From: Caldivirga sp.
Lineage (GTDB): Archaea > Thermoproteota > Thermoprotei > Thermoproteales > Thermocladiaceae
Length of the DNA: 32,000 nt
Assembly: GCF_023256255.1 (NCBI RefSeq)
Contig: NZ_JAGDXD010000055.1
Location: 37,500 to 69,499 of the forward strand
Reading direction: 5' to 3'
How positions within the stretch are numbered: position 1 is the stretch's first letter; each line of letters starts with the position of its first letter. The translations under genes were made by a program, and so were the position numbers. Positions 1 through 6,747 of this stretch are shown piece by piece. The notes below the pieces were generated by a model. The model was given only the letters and a program-made list of their open reading frames with translations, did no database searches and had not been told where the DNA came from.

Positions 1-398
1 CCATTAATTATCCCAAACACATATATTGTATCATTCAATATGGTTAAGGCGTAGGGCTGTAGACTGGCTGGTAGATAACTTGATAAGTTTGCTACTTCCG
101 TTACATAGTTATTCCCAAGCCTAAGTCGAACCAGTAATGGACCACTACTACTGAAGCCCAGTAAATACAATTCGTCACCATACTGATACGTATTGGTTAC
201 CAATACTCCACGTCCATCATTAGGTATTGCATTAACATTAAACCAACCTGAATTATTAACTAAGTAAACTTGCGAGTACTGGCTTGTTGAAGTAAAGTTC
301 ACTACGACCGCTAATAGGTAGTTACCCCCACTGTATAAGTAGATTACAGGCGCCTTTAGTAATCCTAAAGTCAATATTATTAATGCTAGATTCAGCAT
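1..398 (-). CDS. hypothetical secreted/cell-surface protein, N-terminal fragment (ORF continues past window start)
   Basis: Absent from the supplied ORF track because no stop lies inside the window. Hand translation of the minus strand from ATG 398..396 gives 132 uninterrupted codons to position 1: MLNLALIILTLGLLKAPVIYLYSGGNYLLAVVVNFTSTSQYSQVYLVNNSGWFNVNAIPNDGRGVLVTNTYQYGDELYLLGFSSSGPLLVRLRLGNNYVTEVANLSSYLPASLQPYALTILNDTIYVFGIING. Hydrophobic signal/anchor-like N-terminus, several N-x-S/T sequons, GGTGA Shine-Dalgarno-like motif a few nt upstream. Repeated Y-[LV]-[LF]-G strands weakly recall beta-propeller blades. Confidence 0.45.
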   Translation of the reverse strand, partial: MLNLALIILTLGLLKAPVIYLYSGGNYLLAVVVNFTSTSQYSQVYLVNNSGWFNVNAIPNDGRGVLVTNTYQYGDELYLLGFSSSGPLLVRLRLGNNYVTEVANLSSYLPASLQPYALTILNDTIYVFGIIN

Positions 399-483
399 TA
401 AACTCACCAGTATTACTGGATATTAAACCTTTCTACGTTAAGGCTACTGAAGGGCTTAGGGTTATAGTCACCTTGCACCTTAA

Positions 484-984
484 TTAAGCACCAATGGCTA
501 CTAGTGCTAAGCCTATGAAAATTAAAACTAGACCAGTTATGAATAAGTATAATGATTCAGGCAGCGCCCCAATTTGAACCTCCCATATGAGGCCATTACC
601 ATAGTACTGGCATACACCATAATTAATTATTGTTACCTTACTGCTACTAATAATTGATGGGGATGATTGACCCCCATTAAGTACTGGTGGTACGTATGAA
701 CCATATGAGAATACTAAGGTTCCATTTAAGGCATACGCGCTTACCCTCATTGATACATGATACATCTTAGTGTAGTTCCTAACCATGCTAACTATAGTTG
801 ATTCATTGGCTTGGCTAACTCCAGTTAAATTATTTATGAACTCTAGACACAATGTTGTTGCATTATGCCTGTTAGATAATGATAGGTACATGTGAGATAA
901 ATATAGTAATACTCCTGCAGTTATAATGGCTACTACACCCATTATTATCATAATTCTCTTAACACGGGCAGGTAACCTAGGCAT
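484..984 (-). CDS. hypothetical membrane protein (N- and C-terminal TM helices, sequon-rich middle)
   Basis: 166-aa ORF. Hydrophobic segments IMIIMGVVAIITAGVLLYL near the N-terminus and LYLFITGLVLIFIGLALVAIGA at the C-terminus. Central ~100 aa carry NAT, NLT, NES, NYT and NGT sequons. No family recognised. Confidence 0.55.
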   Translation of the reverse strand: MPRLPARVKRIMIIMGVVAIITAGVLLYLSHMYLSLSNRHNATTLCLEFINNLTGVSQANESTIVSMVRNYTKMYHVSMRVSAYALNGTLVFSYGSYVPPVLNGGQSSPSIISSSKVTIINYGVCQYYGNGLIWEVQIGALPESLYLFITGLVLIFIGLALVAIGA

Positions 985-1159
985 TGTGAATCCAACTACT
1001 ACACGTTTAAAACCGTTATTCCATATGGCATGAATTATTATAATGAATCACCTCACGTAAGATAACCAATGATTAATAAACACTGTTCCTGCTTTATTTC
1101 TTATAGAATATAGAATACTCGCTGATTCATGCAGTTGATGCCGCCTCATAGTAGTTTAC

Positions 1160-1723
1160 TTAGCTACTTAAACGCGCTACGTAGAGTATGTGGGATACTT
1201 GATCAATAATTAGGTTAAGCCCAGTTTCAACAGCATCAGGTGATCCAGGTAGGCAGACAACCAGTTTATTGTTGATTATTCCTGCTGTTGCCCTACTTAA
1301 CATGGCTGATGCCCCTATTTTCTGGTAACTAATGAATCTAAATAATTCCCCGAAACCCTCAATCTCCTTACTGAATAATGGCCTAACAGTCTCAATAGTT
1401 ACATCACTCTTAGCCAAGCCTGTACCACCTATTAAAACTACAACATCTACATCATCCCTATGAAGTAACTCATTTAATGAACCCTTAATCATGCGTTCAT
1501 CATCACTAACTAGTAGCCTCCCTACAACTGAGTGACCAGAGTTAGTTATCTTTAATGAAGCTAAGTCGCCTGACTCATCCTTATACTGCTTGCCAGCCTT
1601 CATTAACTCATACCTTGACGTACTTACAGTAATTATAAAGAAGTTAACCTTACTTGGCCCCTTCTTTTCATGCTCCATATGAGGTGATGCCGCATTATCC
1701 TTACCCATACTCATAACTTTCAT
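1160..1723 (-). CDS. moaB: molybdenum cofactor biosynthesis protein B (MoaB/MogA family)
   Basis: By eye, close colinear resemblance to E. coli MoaB, e.g. VVLIGGTGLAKSDVTIETVRPLFSKEIEGFGELFRFISYQKIGASAMLSRATAGIINNKLVVCLPGSP against the MoaB GGTG...EGFGE...SRA.AG...PGS pattern. Exact start among several N-terminal Met codons is uncertain. Confidence 0.8.
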   Translation of the reverse strand: MKVMSMGKDNAASPHMEHEKKGPSKVNFFIITVSTSRYELMKAGKQYKDESGDLASLKITNSGHSVVGRLLVSDDERMIKGSLNELLHRDDVDVVVLIGGTGLAKSDVTIETVRPLFSKEIEGFGELFRFISYQKIGASAMLSRATAGIINNKLVVCLPGSPDAVETGLNLIIDQVSHILYVARLSS

Positions 1724-1793
1724 TATCCGTTAGTACTTAATTTTAAGTATTACTGATTCATGTAGTTCAAGAGAACAATAATGAGCACAATCA

Positions 1794-1871
1794 TCAGCGC
1801 TATGGACCATCATCAATTAGGTCCTCAGCCTAGGTAAGGCCCACCAATAGGCCTTATCCGTTGCTCATCAC
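1794..1871 (-). ncRNA. candidate non-canonical C/D box sRNA in the spacer between the giant ORF and moaB
   Basis: Minus strand reads GUGAUGA (1871..1865, consensus C box), 36 nt, CUGA (1828..1825), 8 nt GGACCUAA, UUGAUGA (1816..1810), exactly 12 nt UGGUCCAUAGCG, CUGA (1797..1794). The second half fits the archaeal D'-spacer-C'-12nt-D rule. The first half is too long and contains a 7-bp hairpin (UAAGGCC/GGCCUUA). No terminal stem. UGAUGA-like strings are common in this AT-rich sequence, so chance is a real alternative. Confidence 0.25.
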
Positions 1872-1875
1872 CAGT

Positions 1876-4800
1876 TTAACTACGCTTAATACCTCTTAAA
1901 TACTTACCCCTAGTGAAACTGATGCTTCTCCTAATCCTAATAGTACTTAACAGTATTGAATAAGCAGACTTATCACTAATGCTTAACTTCATTATATCCC
2001 TCACCGCGTTAGCCTTGCTTAGCCTTAAAGCCATCTTGAAATTTGCATTACCAATACTTTTCTTAATATACAAGTCAATAAACAATGTAGTCATGTAATC
2101 AAGTTGATTCATTAAGCCGCTTAACCATGCTTCATCATTAGTGTTAGCGATACCCGAGTAGAATCTACTCATTCTTATTAAGTAACGTTCATAGAGTCTC
2201 CTATATGGTGAGGAATTGGGATTAAGCGTTATAGCTACTGTTAGTTCCCTCCTTAGGTTCTCATCCAAGATCCCTCGCTTAATGGTATTATTAACAGCGT
2301 TAGTAGCTGTTGATGGGTCAAGGATCATCAGCATTTCCTTAATTAAAGTTGCAGGATGCAGCCCTAGGCTTGCGGCAACTAAAGCTAAGTCTACGTTACC
2401 CCTACTAAATGCATACTCTACAATAATATTCATTAATATGCTTCTGCGTTTAACATTAATCGTCCCTGCACTTAGATTCCTTAGATAATTCATGAATACT
2501 GAGGATACGTTCGTTGAATCTCTTAATAGGTAGACCGCCAGGTTGCTTATGTTCCTAGCATTAACTAAACCTCTCAGTGGAGTTGATCCATTTAAGTTAC
2601 CGTACTTAAGCCTTATTTTCTCGGCACTTAATCTTACGTATTGCTTAGTTAAATTCTCTTGCTCAATAAGCATTTTCCTTAATTTCCCCATTATTATTCT
2701 ATAGGTTTCCGTAGATACTTTCAATTTCTGCAAAGAATTAACAATGCTCTTAACATGATTGATAACCCATGGCGATGTTAATTCCCTATAAAAACTCATT
2801 AATGCTACTAACCTACTCTTATCAACGCTTACTAACCCAGACTTAACCAACGCCACTATTGCTTCAGCGTCAGGATTCATGGCTAATGACAATAGGGTAA
2901 ACACCATTAAATTATCACTCTTATTAACCCTAAGTCCACTACCTAATTTTACTTCACCACTCACTTTCAATAATCTAGGTATAATATTCTTAGAATGACC
3001 ATGAGTTAAGTAAGTTAGTGCCGTAAGTGCATTCCCCATACTGCTAATCATCCTTAACCTACCCCGGTACTCCACTATACTCCTAAAGAACCAGTACCTA
3101 ACCCTCCTCTGCACTTCCCTTCGGCTTAATAATCCCCTCTCGTAAAGCTCAAAGGTAAGTATTTCATTTCTAATAAGTCTTCTCACCAAGAATTCCCTCA
3201 CCTCAACCCATTGGCTCCACTTATCCCCAAGCAGTATGCCTTCGACTAATTGAATTGAACCAAGGGGCCTAGCTAACAAGTATCTTATTCTAACCCTACT
3301 TATTAACCCTAGACCACGCCTATTACCTGATACTTCCCTCAGCAAGCCTGATACGTAAGGATTACTTCTTGCCTTGAGGTAAATGCCGAATAAGCCATGG
3401 TTACTTAAGTAGTTTAGGTACCTTGGCTTACTGTAGAAGGATAATAACCTACGCATCCCCTGTCTATTAGTTAGATAATTGTGGTAATTCTCATTAATGA
3501 TGCCACGTAAGTCTAGGGTCTGATTCTTGCCTCGCCTAACCCTAATTAAATTAGACATCAGTGATCTTGGGGATTGATTACTGACTAGAAATATGAGGTT
3601 CCTCAGCTCACTAATTAGTCTCATTATAGGAATATTGAGCGGGGTTGATTCACCTACAAGCATTAACAGTGCTTCAAGTAACCCCACTACTGATAGTGGG
3701 TACATTAGCCATGCTAATGCGCTTGGAATTACCGTGAATTTCCTTAATAATGAACCATGAAGCTCATTATACATGCTTTTAAAGTATGCATATAGGTTAC
3801 CTGTATACGCTATTAGATTACCCTCATAGCCCCATGTGCTTAATTTGGAGCCAATAATAGTAATATTACCTCTTACTGTTCCATTACCAATACAGGTCAC
3901 GTTAACTAAGTATTGTCTTAAATCACTTGGTGGATTAGGGCTTATGGGGTTGAATAAACTTTTATTCCTTAACCAAACCTCATCATAGACAAGTGATGAG
4001 TTATAGTAGTCTAATGTATACTTCTCAAACTCATTAAACCTCATGATTAATTCACTGCTAATAACGTTACCATTAATGCTTAACACTTCCTCACTACAGT
4101 TACTTGGCTCCTCTAAGTGAATTCTAACATTACTTGCATACGCCCAGAGTATCATCATTGATTTATTGGTAATTGTTTGGTTAAAACACAGTGTTAAGGC
4201 ATCATCATTCTTAGTGATTAACCAAGACGACGGCTTCTTTACCCAATGCCAAAGTGCCCTTACCTCACCGTTAACAATTAACTCATTAACCATTGGATAC
4301 ACGTTAATGTATATTACTGGAATTGCTGACTCATTACTAATACTCACTGAACTTACTGCAGGAACCTTAATCCAATCTACATACGTAGAGTTCAAGATTA
4401 TTGAACATCCCAACTGATTCCCAATTATTATTGATTCACCATACGATATGAAACCTACGCCGCATATGCTCCCTGTAGTTAAGGTATATGGAGAATTAAT
4501 CAAGTATACGTGAATGACATTACTGTAGTTCACTAAATTAAGGGTTCTATTTATGAATGTAATTAGGTTAATTATATTCACGTTACTGTAACTTAAGTGA
4601 GTTGAAGCATATACTGGTACCATCATTAGGGATAAGCCTACTGCTATTAACGGTACTATTAATGGTCTAGTGCTCTTAATCATTACGAGTGGCGCAAGTA
4701 ATATGATCACTGGTTCATACACCTTAGCGATGATCCATATAACATGAACCATGTGATACATTATATACATTAGTTGAGAATATGAGAACGTAATGTATAG

Positions 4801-5163
4801 TACTTCTGAGGCTAAGTCAATCAACCTTCCAAAAACTAGGTTTAACCCAATATTGCTTAAAATGTAGCCAATGCCAACATTATATATGAATAGGCCTAAA
4901 ATATTCAAAACCATTAATGCAATACTCCTAACGATCATAACTTCGGCTACTGCATTAATAACTGAATTCCAATACTCCTCTAGCCTAATTATGGTATTTA
5001 GGTTACTTCTATTAAATAAATCAATAATCGCAAGGGATAATGATACTATACCTATGAATAAAATTATGTCATTAAAAATAAGCTTATACCCTATTCTCCG
5101 TATTCTATAGGTTATTATTAATGATGCTTCAATAGGCATCATTAGTAGAATTACATTAATCAT
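1876..5163 (-). CDS. giant polytopic membrane protein of unknown function (TM bundle + sequon-rich ectodomain + TM + ~580 aa basic cytoplasmic domain)
   Basis: The track ORF starts at TTG 5181. The first ATG (5163..5161) overlaps the TGA of the upstream gene as ATGA, so 5163 is preferred. Residues ~10-195 hold several long hydrophobic segments. Residues ~196-485 are hydrophilic with 12 N-x-S/T sequons by hand count. One more hydrophobic helix follows (FTVIPSALAWLMYPLSVVGLLEALLMLVG). Residues ~520-1101 are Arg/Leu/Ser/Asn-rich with no hydrophobic helices. No Walker A or catalytic motif recognised. Confidence 0.75.
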   Translation of the reverse strand: MINVILLMMPIEASLIITYRIRRIGYKLIFNDIILFIGIVSLSLAIIDLFNRSNLNTIIRLEEYWNSVINAVAEVMIVRSIALMVLNILGLFIYNVGIGYILSNIGLNLVFGRLIDLASEVLYITFSYSQLMYIMYHMVHVIWIIAKVYEPVIILLAPLVMIKSTRPLIVPLIAVGLSLMMVPVYASTHLSYSNVNIINLITFINRTLNLVNYSNVIHVYLINSPYTLTTGSICGVGFISYGESIIIGNQLGCSIILNSTYVDWIKVPAVSSVSISNESAIPVIYINVYPMVNELIVNGEVRALWHWVKKPSSWLITKNDDALTLCFNQTITNKSMMILWAYASNVRIHLEEPSNCSEEVLSINGNVISSELIMRFNEFEKYTLDYYNSSLVYDEVWLRNKSLFNPISPNPPSDLRQYLVNVTCIGNGTVRGNITIIGSKLSTWGYEGNLIAYTGNLYAYFKSMYNELHGSLLRKFTVIPSALAWLMYPLSVVGLLEALLMLVGESTPLNIPIMRLISELRNLIFLVSNQSPRSLMSNLIRVRRGKNQTLDLRGIINENYHNYLTNRQGMRRLLSFYSKPRYLNYLSNHGLFGIYLKARSNPYVSGLLREVSGNRRGLGLISRVRIRYLLARPLGSIQLVEGILLGDKWSQWVEVREFLVRRLIRNEILTFELYERGLLSRREVQRRVRYWFFRSIVEYRGRLRMISSMGNALTALTYLTHGHSKNIIPRLLKVSGEVKLGSGLRVNKSDNLMVFTLLSLAMNPDAEAIVALVKSGLVSVDKSRLVALMSFYRELTSPWVINHVKSIVNSLQKLKVSTETYRIIMGKLRKMLIEQENLTKQYVRLSAEKIRLKYGNLNGSTPLRGLVNARNISNLAVYLLRDSTNVSSVFMNYLRNLSAGTINVKRRSILMNIIVEYAFSRGNVDLALVAASLGLHPATLIKEMLMILDPSTATNAVNNTIKRGILDENLRRELTVAITLNPNSSPYRRLYERYLIRMSRFYSGIANTNDEAWLSGLMNQLDYMTTLFIDLYIKKSIGNANFKMALRLSKANAVRDIMKLSISDKSAYSILLSTIRIRRSISFTRGKYLRGIKRS

Positions 5164-5543
5164 GGTGCTATGCTTTTCCAAATTTCAATAAATGGACTGA
5201 AGAATACCTTATAGAGTAATTCACTTGCAAAGCTAGCTGGATTAACTATACTTGATCCACTCACGTAATTAGCTATCAATGCAAGTGAGTAAACTGTTAC
5301 ATACAAGCCTACTATGGTTACTATGAACCATTTGAAATTACTGAATAAATCCCATAATGCAGCTGCCCTAGCCCACCCTGTTGGGCCTAGTTTACTCTCA
5401 ATAGCCTTAATCAACACACTTACTACCATTAGCCATAGCGCCAAGCCCCCAATGACGCTTATAACTTTGAAAACATCGCTCATTATAGGTATCACTAATT
5501 CATTTTCAATTTCACTAACTATATCGTAAATCAACTCAATCAT
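5160..5543 (-). CDS. small two-TM membrane protein, translationally coupled to the giant ORF
   Basis: 127-aa ORF with an acidic N-terminus (MIELIYDIVSEIENE). Hydrophobic helices VISVIGGLALWLMVVSVLI and WFIVTIVGLYVTVYSLALIA. Its stop TGA (5162..5160) overlaps ATG 5163..5161 of the downstream gene. Confidence 0.6.
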   Translation of the reverse strand: MIELIYDIVSEIENELVIPIMSDVFKVISVIGGLALWLMVVSVLIKAIESKLGPTGWARAAALWDLFSNFKWFIVTIVGLYVTVYSLALIANYVSGSSIVNPASFASELLYKVFFSPFIEIWKSIAP

Positions 5544-5653
5544 TAAAGAGTAGTTATTCTACATTGCTTATTCCTAAACTATGTAGGGTAATGCTACTAA
5601 ATAATGTACCCTATATTAAATAAATGTTATAAACATATAAGTGTGGAGTAACT
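5544..5653. promoter_or_regulatory. divergent promoter region with 7-bp inverted repeat
   Basis: 110-bp AT-rich spacer between divergent genes. TAGGGTA (5584..5590) and TACCCTA (5607..5613) are separated by 16 nt. The right arm abuts a TATA-like TATATTAAATAAAT about 30-40 nt upstream of ATG 5654. GGAG lies 6 nt before the ATG. Confidence 0.35.
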
Positions 5654-6682
5654 ATGGGGAGTGACAATCCTTCACAGGTAACGTTATATATGCACGCTCC
5701 ATCACTATTCCTTGACTTATACATAGGTTCAAGTCTACTAGCTAATCGTTACATCAATTCTTCAATATCATTAGCATCATTGATTAATGATGAACCCTTC
5801 AAGAAAGCACTCATTAATAATCTGCTTAACGCTATAAGTGAGGAGGAAGTGGGCAATATTATTGGTGATTTAAGGCGTGTTTCCTTAATTTCAATAATAA
5901 ATCCAGTCTATGTGGTTAAGAAGGCTGAAAACACAGTTAATTTGATTAAGAATTATGAGTATACGTATAAGGATGATATTGCCGAATGGTATAGTAGGGT
6001 CACTAACCATAGTAACTTACCCTACAGTAAAATGATCTATTCATTGAAACATACCATAAAGATAACTAGGGGGATGGTTAGGCATTACTTATACAAGAGG
6101 GCGCAGGGCTTGATAAGGAGAAGTACTATTAATTCGCTAATGCTTTACATGTCCGCATTACCCAATGCACTTGTAGAGTATTTGAATATAACCAGTAAAA
6201 GCGACGCAATGGCTGTAATCTTCATTAGTTCCCTTATTAATAGATATAAGGTTAATTACCCCATACACCTAGTATTTAATGTATCAAGGAGAGTACTGGC
6301 TATGAACCCTCAGCTACTGAAGAATGCACTAAGTAACATAATAACTAGTTTACCATCTAAGTCTAGTTACTATAATGCAGTGTTGGCTGAACTGGCGAGA
6401 ATCTACATTTACGACCATGGCTTTCTCGATGATGCTCAAGTTAACTATCTGGCATTTAACCCAGCGATATCTGATGATATATTAAGTGGTCACAGTATTG
6501 AACTCATTAAGGCACTAGGTCCCCTGATTTACGACTACATGTATAAGCTAAGTTTATTATACATAAACAATGACTTGAATTCGCTTCATGAATTATCTAA
6601 GATACTTGGTAATATTAAGGAGAATTTAATTGCAGTGATTTTAAACGAGTGGAGTAGGTTAAGTGATGAATTAACTGTTTAA
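5654..6682 (+). CDS. hypothetical soluble helix-rich protein, divergent from the membrane gene pair
   Basis: 342-aa ORF with no hydrophobic helices. Asn/Leu/Ile/Ser/Tyr-rich, similar in composition to the cytoplasmic domain of the giant protein. No motif recognised. Confidence 0.6.
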   Translation: MGSDNPSQVTLYMHAPSLFLDLYIGSSLLANRYINSSISLASLINDEPFKKALINNLLNAISEEEVGNIIGDLRRVSLISIINPVYVVKKAENTVNLIKNYEYTYKDDIAEWYSRVTNHSNLPYSKMIYSLKHTIKITRGMVRHYLYKRAQGLIRRSTINSLMLYMSALPNALVEYLNITSKSDAMAVIFISSLINRYKVNYPIHLVFNVSRRVLAMNPQLLKNALSNIITSLPSKSSYYNAVLAELARIYIYDHGFLDDAQVNYLAFNPAISDDILSGHSIELIKALGPLIYDYMYKLSLLYINNDLNSLHELSKILGNIKENLIAVILNEWSRLSDELTV

Positions 6683-6725
6683 ATCATGTAATTGTAATTA
6701 AATTTAATTTTAACCTATCAACAAG

Positions 6726-6747
6726 AGTAGGATTAATAGTGCCTACT
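6726..6747 (-). terminator. hairpin overlapping the icd stop codon (possible 3'-end structure for the convergent gene pair)
   Basis: AGTAGG (6726..6731) and CCTACT (6742..6747) form a 6-bp stem with a 10-nt loop in the 60-bp convergent spacer. AT/T-rich sequence follows on both strands. Confidence 0.2.

Noticed and set aside
2216-5529. Plus-strand ORFs 2216..2488, 4166..4417, 4871..5110 and 5314..5529 from the track
   Set aside because: All lie entirely antisense inside the long minus-strand genes. They have low-complexity Leu/Ser/Ile-rich translations and no start context. These are typical shadow ORFs.
6296-6310. Shared pentapeptide LAMNP between the 342-aa protein and the cytoplasmic domain of the giant protein, as a hint of paralogy
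   Set aside because: The flanking residues do not align convincingly by eye. A 5-aa match between two compositionally similar proteins is easily chance. A profile-profile comparison is needed before any claim.
1876-6682. Idea that the AT-rich orphan module is an integrated virus, plasmid or transposon
   Set aside because: I found no integrase, transposase or replication gene, no flanking tRNA, and no terminal direct or inverted repeats. The moaB and icd flanks look like ordinary chromosome. Low G+C alone is insufficient.
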